Counted from the whole stretch's first letter, positions 36,987 to 48,771 are shown. The stretch: 57,631 nucleotides of DNA, filler included, from Squatina squatina (GCA_031763465.1; 4 parts of 3 records of this genome joined end to end with filler, not necessarily neighbours in it); one strand, 5' to 3'. A program made the numbers and translations. Notes: generated by a model from the sequence alone, not told the origin.

Positions 36987-37050
36987 CGGGTGTCTTGCCG
37001 GGACAGTCCCGGATTTTTCGGGAAACGTCCCGGTGTTCCGACACTTACCT
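36987..37050 (+). mobile_element. hAT-like DNA transposon subterminal sequence (left-type end)
   Basis: gggacagtcccggattttt...ggtgttccgacacttacct is an approximate reverse complement of 38960-39015. Confidence 0.6.
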
Positions 37051-38665
37051 TAAAATTGCTCAAAGGTGCAAATGCGCAGACTGATTGTCCCAGTTTGGAA
37101 AGTTCAAGATCTGCTCACCCTATTAAGAAGTGGTTAACAGACAGGANNNNNNNNNNNNNNNNNNNNNNNNNNNNNNNNNNNNNNNNNNNNNNNNNNNNNN
37201 NNNNNNNNNNNNNNNNNNNNNNNNNNNNNNNNNNNNNNNNNNNNNNCTGAAGGAGATTTTGCAAGGAGGTTTATGAGCCATTAATGATTTATCACAGGCC
37301 TCAACATGGAGTACTAGAACAATTTACAAACACAAAATCTGATAATGATTAATTAAGTGATGAAAATAACAAGGTAAGTATAATTAGGATAGCAATCCAC
37401 CAACTTATATACACAAGTGTTTTAATGTTCACTCTTACAGCAGAGGTCCTCCTGAGATGCTGAATTTGTCATTTTCCAACTAGGATTGTTTTACTCTGTT
37501 TACACACACCGGTTGTTCCCATGGTTACTAGAAGCTGAGAGCTAAACTATTTCAAAACCAGCACATACTTCCTAAAAAGGCAATGGCCTGCAGCTTTTAG
37601 CTTCCTTTTAATGGCTCATCGTGATCAGAGTCATCAATGGTATGTGGGAACATCCCACCTGGACCTATTTTAAAAGGGTCAGTCTCTCAATCAGGACTCC
37701 TTTTAGTGTGTGTCATACCATTAGGATCCTTTTTAATGGTAAAGTTCTCCAATCCAGTGCCTCCTTTAATGAGCGTGCTTCACCAATCCCTTTCCCATCA
37801 CAAAACTTTATGGAACTTAACCTCAGCTTTGCTGAATAGTTGCCGATGTTATAACTCAGACCATTGTAAGGACAATCGAAGGAATGTTGCAATGAAAATT
37901 TTCTAAGAATCTCACTTTCAGCGCTAAATTCAGCGCTTAGTGCTAGAAATGCAAAAATCGCGAATTGGCCACCCCTGAACTTTGCGCTGCCCAATTCGGC
38001 TCTTAGTGCCAAAAACTTAAAAAACCCGAATTGGGCGCCCGCGGTATTTTGTGAAGTATATTTTGTTATTATCTGTCATTTTCAGCATATATTGGGCTCA
38101 AATTTGCTGAACAAATAATGGCGTGTGAGCGGTGCACACCACTATTAATGTGCAAATCGGCCAGCAACTTTTGTGAGGAAGAGATACCCTGTGAATTGCG
38201 AATCACCACAAGTTGCTGGATGATTTGCATTTGCACTGCTCTGTGCAAATGACAACTTGCCCTCAACCTCCCCGTGAGTTTCATGATGTTGCTGTATTTA
38301 AAGAAGGGAAGAAGTGACTTTCATTTATATGGCATCTTTCATGACCTCAGGACGTCTAAAAGCACTTTACAGCCAAAGAAGTAACATTGGCACATTAATT
38401 GCCCTTTAAACAGGACAGAGAGAAGCAAACAGGCGAGTTATGGAGAGAGAAAGAGGGAGAAAAGTAGAAGCAAAAAGACCAAGAATCAGCAGCAGTCCCT
38501 AATAAGATTTATAAACATGGATCCTGATATAGCTGGTGACATTTTAATTCTGGTTTTACTTAATCTGGGGGTGTATGCAATGTATTTTTGTTAAACTACT
38601 AATAATTTGGAAGCAGTGAAATCTGTTTTTATTTTGGTTTGTGAAATCAGTTTTTATTTGGGTTT

Positions 38666-38713
38666 GAGTTGAAGGTCATTTGCATGGAGGAGTTGAAGGT
38701 CATTTGCATGGAG
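38666..38713. repeat. Perfect 24-bp tandem duplication
   Basis: gagttgaaggtcatttgcatggag occurs twice in a row. Confidence 0.95.
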
Positions 38714-38959
38714 AAGTTGTCAATGTTTATGATGGATTAAGCAGCTCAACACTATGTGCATTTTATAATTAGCTTTAAATATATACATTTCATTAGTACT
38801 AGAGATGAATGATGGGCTTTTATTATGGTAATCGAGGTCAAGGATCTTTTAATTTAAATNNNNNNNNNNNNNNNNNNNNNNNNNNNNNNNNNNNNNNNNN
38901 NNNNNNNNNNNNNNNNNNNNNNNNNNNNNNNNNNNNNNNNNNNNNNNNNNNNNNNNNNN

Positions 38960-39037
38960 AGGTAAGTGTCGGGACACCAGGTCACTTCCTCAAAAACCGG
39001 GACTGTCCCAGCAAAACCTGGACATCTGGTCACCCTA
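38960..39037 (-). mobile_element. hAT-like DNA transposon end (TAGGGTGACCAGATG terminus)
   Basis: Ends ...ggacatctggtcacccta; TAGGGTGACCA is a common vertebrate hAT-type TIR. Confidence 0.65.
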
Positions 39038-39279
39038 ATTCTGTGCTGTTATTCAATCTCAGCACTCTAACCGGTCTCAATGTCCCTTGGCCAGGGTACC
39101 GTTTGTGCACTTTGACCTTCGAGTCCCTGAGCTAACTAAATGCAAAACCTGCCAAGGTTTCCATTCCTGTTTGCTATCCATTGATCCCTGATGGATATTG
39201 TGGATATTGAATTAGGGGTCAGCTTTGATGAGGCCACAGCTGCATATCCTGCTGACAGGGAAAGGGGATTAGCGAGTGA

Positions 39280-39520
39280 GGGGGGGCACAAGAGGAGGTG
39301 AGAGAGAAAGGACAAAAGAAAGATGGAGAGCGAAAGGACAAGTGAGAGGGGACAACTGTGAGAGAGGGAGGAGGTGAAGGAGATGAAGTCAGAGGATGCT
39401 AAGAGAGAATGAGAGAAAGAGAATGAGAGAAAGAGAATGAATGAGGGGGAGGGGAGATGAGAGAAGGTACAAGAGGAAGAGAGAACAAAGGAGAGAATGA
39501 TGGAGAAGGGAGATGAGAGG
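39280..39520. repeat. Purine-rich (GA) low-complexity tract
   Basis: Almost all A/G on the plus strand, including a repeated gagaatgagagaaa. Confidence 0.8.
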
Positions 39521-40268
39521 GCACTTCACGGGAGCGATTGTCAGACAGGGTTTGACATCGAGCCAAATAAGGAGTGATGTTGGCTGATGGACAATATTGG
39601 CCAGGACATCGGGGAGAACTCCCCCGCCCCCTCCACCCCTTCCAGGTTCTTCTTCAAAATAGCACCATGGAATCTTTTAAGTTCACCTACGGTTTAACGT
39701 CTCATCTGAAAGATTCCAAAAGTAGCTTTACTCCTGATCCAAGCAACTGTCTCATTGAAAAACCGAGGGGGCGTGTGATATGAAAGTGAACCATTATTAG
39801 ACACAACAGCAGTCACTTGCCAGTCACGTCTGTGGTGAGCATTTATATAACGATTTAATTTGATGTTATTTTTACCCTTGGTTTTTGCACGACCGGTTTT
39901 TATTTACAGGTTTGCCTTGACCTTTTAAATGTTAATATCATTCCACTTGATCTTTTCCTCAGGTTCAGGTGCCTCTGAAGGCGGTGTGATAAATTAACCA
40001 CGGCATCATCAGGTTATCTCTATGACCCTCCCTTCTCATGATCTCCACACGCTTGCACATCATAATCAGGAGTGAGCAGCTTGGCTAATTTTTCCATCAC
40101 TATACTGGGGACATGGACCCTGACTGTATTATTCCCATTTACAGGGCTCTGGGGTAAGAGCAGGGAGGNNNNNNNNNNNNNNNNNNNNNNNNNNNNNNNN
40201 NNNNNNNNNNNNNNNNNNNNNNNNNNNNNNNNNNNNNNNNNNNNNNNNNNNNNNNNNNNNNNNNNNNN

Positions 40269-40386
40269 GTGAGTGCCGTAGCGCCCCTTTAATTGTCGCC
40301 CCGCGAGCTGAGTGAGGCCTGGTTCGCGACCGGAGGGGTGGGGGCGGGGTGCTAACAGGAGGCGCTAACGCCGAATTTCTCCCCCT
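40269..40386 (-). mobile_element. Harbinger-like DNA transposon terminus
   Basis: ...gctaacaggaggcgctaacgccgaatttctccccc followed by TAA; reverse complement resembles 48772-48810. Confidence 0.55.
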
Positions 40387-40889
40387 AAAGCATCAATTCT
40401 GTTGCTAACACCTCAACCTATAGCAGGGTGGGTCCTATTCACGGGCACTGTAGATTGCACGGTAAGTGGCTCCGATACACTCAAGAACTGAATGGAGGTC
40501 GAGGGAGCGGGGGAGGAAACCCTGTGAATCAGCATGCTTCTTTCACAGGACACAGCCGAGAAGCTATTTGTGTTGACATCCTAGTTAACTGGCGTAACAC
40601 TGATAAAAGAGTGAAGCCCTCGCTGCCCTCCGTTGTCGTACCCTTTCTGAACACAGATGGAAGAGACAGCTTTAAAAATGGGCTCGGATTCAGAATGAAT
40701 GTTAAAGGAACAAGCACATAATTGAGGAGAGACTCTAAGGGGTGTTTAGTGCCTGTTTCTGACAATTCAGAGCTACATCAATAGACACTAATGGAACAGC
40801 TGTCCTGACATATGGAATCCAGTTAATATGCTGAACTGATACAGAGGGAACTGCGCATTCAACCAATTTAACTTCCTCAAAATAGTTTG

Positions 40890-41005
40890 CCATAGAATCT
40901 TACAGACCTGAAGGACGCCATTCAGCCCATCGTGATGTGGCTTCTTTGAAAGAGAGATCCAATTCGTCCCACTCCCTCCGCTCTTTCCCACAATACCCTG
41001 CAATT
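40890..41005 (-). mobile_element. CR1-type LINE 3' end fragment
   Basis: catagaatcttacag...ccattcagcccatc...cccactccc...ccctgcaa. Confidence 0.6.
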
Positions 41006-41267
41006 TATTTTTTGTTTAATTACAACAAAAAACAACTTTCATATGTTTTGAAGATGATGACAGACTTTCGTGAAGGGGGAATAGTTGCCACGGAGTTTTG
41101 CAGTTAATTATGGCACTACTGCTTTTGGTCAACCAGCCCAGTGAGCGCAGTGTTGTGACACAAGAAGTACCATTAGTGAGGAACCTCTGGACACCGCTCT
41201 GCTTTCTGTCCCTTTCCCACTACCCAAAGTACAGGGAACTACTACTATTGTGAGCTGAGGTGCTGTC

Positions 41268-41358
41268 GGTGTTAGCTACAGCTCAGTGGGTAGCAACCTC
41301 GCTTCTGAGTCAGAAGGTTGTGGGTTCCAGCCCTACCCCAGACACTAAAGCACATAAC
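41268..41358 (+). mobile_element. Deu-domain SINE tRNA-like head
   Basis: gctcagtgggtagcaacctcgcttctgagtcagaaggttgtgggttccagccc; a similar head lies at 465-500. Confidence 0.7.
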
Positions 41359-42875
41359 NNNNNNNNNNNNNNNNNNNNNNNNNNNNNNNNNNNNNNNNNN
41401 NNNNNNNNNNNNNNNNNNNNNNNNNNNNNNNNNNNNNNNNNNNNNNNNNNNNNNNNNNTGCCTACTAGTGCCCCACATCAACCCTACAGCGCTCTGCCAT
41501 CACCAGCTGCAGTCTATGTGTGTGTGTGTGTGTGAGATCAGCGGGCATTGTTTAACTCCTGCGCACTGAGTCCGGGGCTGCTGGTAAATGGGGCCATCGC
41601 TGCGCAGATGAATCTTTTTGTTTCACTTTGTTTCAGACCAGCAGGCAGCTGCTCTCAGCCCACAGATGACATGTTGCTGCCCGTGCATTTCGAAAAAGAG
41701 TCGGAAAGCTTGAGCAGAAAACATCTGCTGTCCAACTGCAACTGTGAAATGTCAGATCACAGTTGCAGTCGAATACTCTGCACCCCCACCACCCCTCCCC
41801 GGAAAACCAACCCTGACATATATAGTAACCTATCGCTCCAGCTCAATTAATAATCTACGGCTGAACGGTTTCATTAAGACCGTGTTTCGTCGTCAGTTTC
41901 AATGACATGTGCAATTACAGTTCGACTCAATTGCGCACATTAGCTAATATTATCTCGTTAATTAGCCTTGAGTGACAAAGGTTTTCCTTTCATCTGGGGC
42001 GAACTGTCGCTGCTGTGTTGGACAGACTCGTTTCCACAAACACCATCGTGTGAGCCAGAGGGCTGTCTTTCTGTGGGTGTTGTTATTTTTTTCTGTATTT
42101 TACCGCTTGTTTTTATTCCGATGCCCATTTCCTCTCTCTCTCTCTCTCTCAGGTAACCGATTGCTGTGCCCAAACGGGTTTGCGGACGGGGCGATTGGTA
42201 CCGTGGCCCTGCCCGCACTCCCCTCCGAATGTGGCTCCCCGCTGGCAGGGCGGTGCATTTGCCCTTCTCTCTCTCTCTCTGCGGTGGAAATTACTCCTCG
42301 CTGCGCCCGTCTTTCCGGGCAGGAAACGGGGCCACAAGGGAGCGATTTTGGGGTGCAATGTCCTGTGCCCGATCCGGGTCTGCATCACGAACGGTGCCCT
42401 TCAGCTGCCTAAAGCCGGAGTGAAATATTAGTGGGGCCCGAGGCCCAGTTAAAGGGGGAACTGTGATTGCGAAAAAGCCTTTCATTGTTTTATTGTGTTG
42501 GGAGGAATNNNNNNNNNNNNNNNNNNNNNNNNNNNNNNNNNNNNNNNNNNNNNNNNNNNNNNNNNNNNNNNNNNNNNNNNNNNNNNNNNNNNNNNNNNNN
42601 NNNNNNNNCATCTCCTGACTCACAGCAGCCTGGTCCCAGCTGTGCTGCACCCACACAAGCCCCACTGAGGAGAAGCCATAGAGTAGTTATGAAAAAAAGA
42701 GGAGGTAAGGTTGCACAGAATCTGGGTGATTGAGAATGTTGTTGATAAGTATTGTAAATAAATGTGACTTTTAATTGGAATTGTCAACATGCTTTAGTCA
42801 TGGGTCAGTAGTGAGGAAGCCAACCAATGCAGCGTGCGACCTTTCATGGTTGCGTAACATGTGACATTTATGCAA

Positions 42876-43346
42876 TCAAGTGAATCTATCACGGATCAGT
42901 TTCTGTCGAGCCTCAAGGGCAGGTTGTAACGATGTCGACGTCTTCGCCCCCTTTGTCATGGTCCGCATGGTGCACTCCCTCATCCTCATTGGCAGATGCA
43001 TGCTGCTGTTCCTGTTGCTGCTCCTCACGGATGTCATGCGCCTGGCGGAGGTGCTATGGGAATAGCTGGATGTCGAGGACTGCCACTGCCTCTGGCACCT
43101 CAGGTGGCTGTTGAAGTGCCTTCGGAAGCTCTCGCTCAGCATGTAGAGGGCGAAAGGGTTGACGCAGGAGTTGCAGAAGCTCAGCACCCGGCCCATCACG
43201 GTGACCATGAGGTGCCCGAGGGAAGGGTCAATCTGGCCGTAGTGGAAGGAGCGGTACATGTACAGGACGTGGTTGGGAAACCAGCACAGTGCAAACAGGC
43301 CGACAAACACCAGCACAATCTTGGCCAGGCGTTTTCGGGTTTCCAT
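42876..43346 (-). CDS. NMBR: Neuromedin B receptor, last exon (TM6, TM7, C-tail)
   Basis: ctttctctttgcag|ATG GAA ACC; METRKRLAKIVLVFVGLFALCWFPNHVLYMYRSF..IDPSLGH...NSCVNPFALYMLSESFRRHFNS has NMBR-type residues; neighbours are CITED2 and GJE1. Confidence 0.93.
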   Translation of the reverse strand: METRKRLAKIVLVFVGLFALCWFPNHVLYMYRSFHYGQIDPSLGHLMVTVMGRVLSFCNSCVNPFALYMLSESFRRHFNSHLRCQRQWQSSTSSYSHSTSARRMTSVRSSNRNSSMHLPMRMRECTMRTMTKGAKTSTSLQPALEARQKLIRDRFT

Positions 43347-43659
43347 CTGCAAAGAGAAAGAGTAGCAAAGAGGAAGGTAAAATCACCAGGCAGAACCAAT
43401 CGTCGCAAAGGGACATCAACCATCCTCTCACCNNNNNNNNNNNNNNNNNNNNNNNNNNNNNNNNNNNNNNNNNNNNNNNNNNNNNNNNNNNNNNNNNNNN
43501 NNNNNNNNNNNNNNNNNNNNNNNNNNNNNNNNCACTCTCTGGATTCGTAGCCCAGGTTTCTGGTTTACTTGTCCAGCTGCATAACCACTACACTACTGTA
43601 CTTCTATACGGTAGCTGGTCCATCAGTTATCAGTTAATACACTGATGCATATTACCCAT

Positions 43660-43982
43660 GGGAGTGTAGCACTGTCAGAGGTGCCGTCTTCCAGAAGAGA
43701 CATTAAACCGAGGCCCAGTCTGCTCTCTCAGGTGGATGTAAAAGGTGGAAGAAGAGCAGGGGAGGCATCCCTCAATATATATATATTTATCCCTCAACCA
43801 GCATCTCTATTAAAAAAAAATTATCACGTTGCAGTTTGTGGGAGCTTGCTGTGCACAAATTGGATGACGCGTCTCCTACATTGCAACTGTGACTACACGC
43901 TTAAAAAGTGCCTCATTGGCTGTGAAGTGCTTTGAGATGTCCTGAGATCGTGAAGGGCGCTGGATGAATGCAAGTTCTCTCT
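43660..43982 (+). mobile_element. Deu-domain SINE, 5'-truncated
   Basis: Body and tail match 11660-11977. Confidence 0.8.
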
Positions 43983-44321
43983 TTTCTTTTATTGATTGGG
44001 AAATCATTTCACAAAATGGGAGAAATTTGCAATTTCCGATTTTGCAGTCTAAGGGGATCTGGAAATATTCAATTGTTTCGTTTTGGAAAAACTGTTTTTA
44101 ATAGGCTTTAAATTGATGATTTTATTGGTCTATAACGGTACCAGTATTTATACGACACCTCAAAGCGCTTCACACACTGATTTACCTTTGGAGCGCAGCA
44201 ACTGTTATGTTGTTTTGAAAAAGTCCTTTGAGAGAAATCCCTTTGGTCAGCTTTCACGTGTACATTAGTGCTGGAATGTTCCACATTATTTAATGGAGTC
44301 ATTTAAATTTTTTCCCCTCAG

Positions 44322-44557
44322 GTGTTTTGGGCTTTACAGTTGGTCTCCGTCTTGGTTCCTGGAGCGGTTTTTCACCTTCACGCTGCTTGTCGCAACATTG
44401 GCCAAGAGGTGATCCTTCAGAGACCAGCGTTCACCGTCTTTTACATCATTTCTGTCCTGTCCAGGATCATCCTGGAGATCGTGGCCTTCTGGCTCCAGAG
44501 CCACCTGTTTGGGTTCCAGGTTCATCCGGTCTTCAGGTGCAACGCCACGTCCCTCGT
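44322..44557 (+). CDS. GJE1: Gap junction epsilon-1 (connexin 23), partial last coding exon
   Basis: tttttcccctcag|GTG TTT TGG; VFWALQLVSVLVPGAVFHLHAACRNIGQEVILQRP...IVAFWLQSHLFGFQVHPVFRCNATSL resembles Cx23 VFWALQLVIVLVPGAIFHLYAACKSINQ; adjacent to NMBR. Confidence 0.9.
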
Positions 44558-44657
44558 NNNNNNNNNNNNNNNNNNNNNNNNNNNNNNNNNNNNNNNNNNN
44601 NTTAATTAATTAANNNNNNNNNNNNNNNNNNNNNNNNNNNNNNNNNNNNNNNNNNNN
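44558..44657. other. Artificial scaffold linker N44-TTAATTAATTAA-N44
   Basis: 12-mer at 44602-44613, 44 N on each side. Confidence 0.97.
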
Positions 44658-44768
44658 GATATGGAAATAGTGCAGGAAAGTGGATTTGAGGTAGAAGATC
44701 AGCCATGATCTCATTGAACTCGAGGGGCCGAATGGCCGACTCCTGCTCCTATTTCTTCTGTTCTTCTG
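44658..44768 (+). mobile_element. CR1 LINE 3' end
   Basis: gatcagccatgatctcattgaa...gaggggccgaatggccgactcctgctcctatttc. Confidence 0.75.
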
Positions 44769-45230
44769 TTCAGGGTTCTCTCATTTGCGAAGTCCTCAGC
44801 AGTGAATTCAAACTTGCTCTGAGCAGACTACGAGGCTTAGAAACCCTGCTCCACAACAGCCAGGGAACGGGACATAAAAGTTGGAAGAGTAAAAATAAAC
44901 TTTAAATTGGCTCTCGGTTTGTGGGTTGATTAGCAAACACTCCTCAATGCAGCTGCTGCACATATTCTTCAATTTGTTGGGAGACGGTTTGAGCCCTGAA
45001 GGGTGCTTACAGCTTAACCTTTAGTGAAGCGTCTGTTATTTTGATGGAATACGAACATTTGCACATTCTTCATGTCACTGGCAGATGTTTCTTGTACAAA
45101 TAAAATATGCCGCCTCATCTTAAAACGGAAAACTTAATAAAGAAAACTGCCTGAATCTGGGGCATTAAAATTACAGTAGTCCACGCTGGAATGGATTAAG
45201 CTGTTCTGCAGGGCTTCCCTTCTTTCATAT

Positions 45231-45351
45231 CTGCAACATTGCCTGCCTGTCCCAGCTCTGGGTGGCCCTGTAACACTGCCTGCCTGTCCCTACTCTGGGT
45301 GGCTCTGTAACATTGCCTTCCTGTCCCTGTTCTGGGTGGCTCTGTAACATT
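45231..45351. repeat. 37-bp minisatellite, about 3.3 copies
   Basis: Units start at 45231, 45268, 45305 and 45342; consensus ctgtaacattgcctgcctgtccctgctctgggtggct. Confidence 0.9.
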
Positions 45352-46212
45352 TCTGTCTGGAGCGTCAGTAGAGGGAGAAGATCTGGATTCTGGTGTATGT
45401 TCATAGAAGGCTATAGATTCCCTGATGGTCAGCCCGTGTTCCAGAGCCACCCAGAGCAGGGACGGTCAGCCAGTATCATGTGAGTTGCATGAGGCTCTTT
45501 AGTGTTTGAAACACAGCTTTTTGAATGATACTCTGCTCATGAGTCCTGATGGTTGCGGCATCTAACAGTGAACACCAGGTCTGCTGCAACAAAGCTGACA
45601 GCCAGACCCAGTTAGTCTGTATAATTTGAATTAATTATAATATATTAACTATAATTTACTGATGGGTTAACAATACGCTAGCTATATAGTTTTCAGATTT
45701 TAGTGATCCACACAGACAGTGATTGCACATGGCATCAACGCAGACACTGCCTAAATTTATTCACAAAGAAAACTAATTGATCACAGAGGCAGGTCAAGCT
45801 AATGGAACACAGAGACAGATTGATAGATCAGTACTGTTGTGAAATTGTGCTCTTGATTTTGCTGGAAGTGGTGAGCAGAGGAACTTCAAACTACAGTGAA
45901 AAAAAACACGGAAAAAGGAGCGTTATTTATCATTGGTTATTTGTTGGCCTGGAAGATAACTGAAGAGAGCAAAATGGTCAGTCCAGGGAAGAAGAAAGCC
46001 CTTAAGCGTACATGTCCTTTAAGGTGGAAAGCACTCAGCATAATCCTGTGATTTATTCCTTGTTTTAGAATGGTTCTCGTTGCCATATCTCTACTTATCC
46101 ATTATGACACANNNNNNNNNNNNNNNNNNNNNNNNNNNNNNNNNNNNNNNNNNNNNNNNNNNNNNNNNNNNNNNNNNNNNNNNNNNNNNNNNNNNNNNNN
46201 NNNNNNNNNNNA

Positions 46213-46291
46213 TGATGTACCGGCTTTTGTGATGTCTCCCCGGGTGTGTGGGAACATCGTTCCCACCCGGGGACATCGCAATTTCAGGGCC
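46213..46291 (-). mobile_element. Terminus of the same DNA transposon family as 1269-1469
   Basis: gggaacatcgttcccacccggggacatcgcaatttcagggcc. Confidence 0.6.
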
Positions 46292-47659
46292 ATTGTTTCC
46301 CTGATTCAATTGGGAGCCAGCATTAGACTGGAGGCTGGAACACCAAATGAGATGTCCCACCAGTAAAATGGCCCGCACCCTTGAAGAATGGCCACCATTT
46401 TATTTAAATCAAGGTTGGCCCCCTTCCACTGGTCTGAGGGTTCAGGAGCTTGGGTAAACCGACCAATGGCAGAGCAGGTGCCAGATGCTCTGGTTGCAAT
46501 GGGTTGGAAATGTAAACTAGTGCCCTCCCTGTTGACCCCGTAAACACCAGCAGGGTCACAGTTGGGGAGCAGTGGCAGGCATGACCTAAGCATAACCAAC
46601 GGATTCTCTGGGCCCACAACCTCTGTCTGAAAAAACCTCCCCTGTGACTGGCCTTCTTATTCCTAACCTTCTCATTTTTAAATATCCTCTGGTATTTCAA
46701 TCCTTCACCATTTGTCTGGATCAATGCTTCCAGTTCCCTTCCTAATCAATTAAATCAATTCATGATGGCCTGTTTTCCAAACAGAACTAGTCCACCTTGT
46801 TTAACCTTTTCCTCATAACTTAAATTTCTCATACCTGGAATCATTGCTCCTCTCTGACACTCTCAAGGTCACTGACATCCTTCCTCTAATAGGTGACTGG
46901 AATTGCACACAGTATTCTGGATAGCCTGTAACAATAGACGTGTCAACGATTGATTTCTGAGTGCGTGTACATATATAAATTGCATATAATTTTGCAATTA
47001 TCACTATGAAAAGCATCATTACAAATTGTGATCAGAGATATTGCTCCCTGGGATGTAAGGGCATTTCTGTTAACGTCAACTGGCTTAATAAAAGAGCTGG
47101 CAAATGAATCTGTCGACATTGAGTCTGACAGCCTGATAAAGAGACGGCGAAGCAGTCCTGACAAGCTCAATGAGCTATGTTCGGTAGATTCTCCTTCATC
47201 GCTTGGTATTCAGACAACTCAACCGATGCCCCAGCTCTGCTGTAAATGATGGGCATTTTTCCGAAGCAAGGTTACCGACAGATGAGGGTCAAGCATTTTG
47301 TGAGATCTGTGTTTAGAAAAATACAAATCAGCAGATGGAAAAATGGTTTGCAGATAAAGCTGGAAAAGCAACGGATTAACCTGTGTGGATTTTATTCTCA
47401 TTGATGGCACGTTTAGTGAAATTACATTAGTGACCCTCAGGTGCAGAGCGCAATTGCAATATGGACACACCATAATAAGCATTCCCTTAACGTGAATCAA
47501 AGAAAGAATGAGAGAAACGCATTGAAACATCAGGCCAATGTCCAACTTTGGGTTCTGCAGATTATTTTTCAAAAACACCACCAGATATCATGAAATTATT
47601 TCACAGTTGTAATTTAATCTTGGGAGTTTAGAGGACTGTTAAAATAGCACAAGCTTCAC

Positions 47660-48065
47660 TGCTGTGTCCCGGTTGGTAGCACTCTCGCCTCTGAGCTTGA
47701 GCTCAAAATCTAGGCTGACACAGTTGGAGGTGCCGTCTTTCAGATGAGAAATTAAATTGAGGCCCCATCTGCCCTCTCAAATGAACGTAAAAGATCCCAT
47801 GACAATATTTCAAAGAAGAACAGGGGAGTTCTCCACAGTGACCTGGCCAATATTTATCCCTCAATCAACATCACTAAAACAGATTATTTGGTCATTATCA
47901 CATTGCTGTTTGTGGGAGCTTGCTGTGCGCAAATTGGCTGCCATGTTTCTTACATTACAACAGTGACTACACTTCAAAAGTTCTTCATTGGCTGTAAAAC
48001 GCTTTGGGATGTCATGTGGTCATGAGATGATGAAATATGCTATATAAATGTAAGTCTTTCTTTCT
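47660..48065 (+). mobile_element. Deu-domain SINE with internal deletions
   Basis: Head ggtagcactctcgcctctgag, core gtaaaagatcccatgacaatattt, tail gctatataaatgtaagtctttctttc. Confidence 0.85.
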
Positions 48066-48771
48066 AGTCATTAATTCAAGCTGAATGTCCTCCCAATTTG
48101 CCATCCAATTTCCTGTCATAATAATACACAGTACAGAGCATAAAGGTTAACACTGATGCTCTTACATGTATTAGACATAAGACATATATCATTCGTATGG
48201 AAGACATTTGTAAACTGAAACATTAGAGAAACAAGTATTAGTTCCTTCTTCAGCAAAGATAGCGATCTTGTCCTTAAAGAAATAAAAGTGGAAGTAGGCT
48301 AGCAGGTGTCTTTGGGCACAACGTTGGTACCAAGAGGCCTGAAGATAAAAAATGTGATTCTAATCTTTAATTCAAGGTATAATATTTGATTATAGTTCTA
48401 CTTGTCCAACTTCTATGGTGGAGCTTATTATAAAAGAAGCAATTCCAAAGCAGCTAGTGAGAGCAAGTGCAATTAAATCCAAACCAACACAGATCTATAT
48501 GGAGAAGACCATGCATAGCAAATTTCTGGGATATCTTTGAGGATAGTAACCTGGTTGGTTGATGGTGGTAAGGTGTTGGATTATACAACTTAACTTTAGA
48601 AAAATATTTGATAAGGTCCCTTATGGTTAATGTGAAAGCTCATGGTGGCCCCAATAACTCAGCTGGTTTAGGGAATGTATGTAAATTAGGGATTGTTTGT
48701 AAATCATAACATCCTGTATGACTTAATTTTAAGAGACTGTGTCCTAATTGTATCACAATGTAAGGTAATAT

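Noticed and set aside
42150-42431. Overlapping GC-rich ORFs after a (CT)n tract
   Set aside because: Explained by high GC content and a probable DNA-transposon fragment from about 42282; no protein similarity recognised
45231-45351. 37-bp repeats as a CRISPR array
   Set aside because: Units are head-to-tail with no spacers, in vertebrate DNA with no cas genes
47028-47249. 73-aa ORF with a KRRRSSP motif
   Set aside because: No ATG start or clear splice sites and no recognisable family; treated as non-coding
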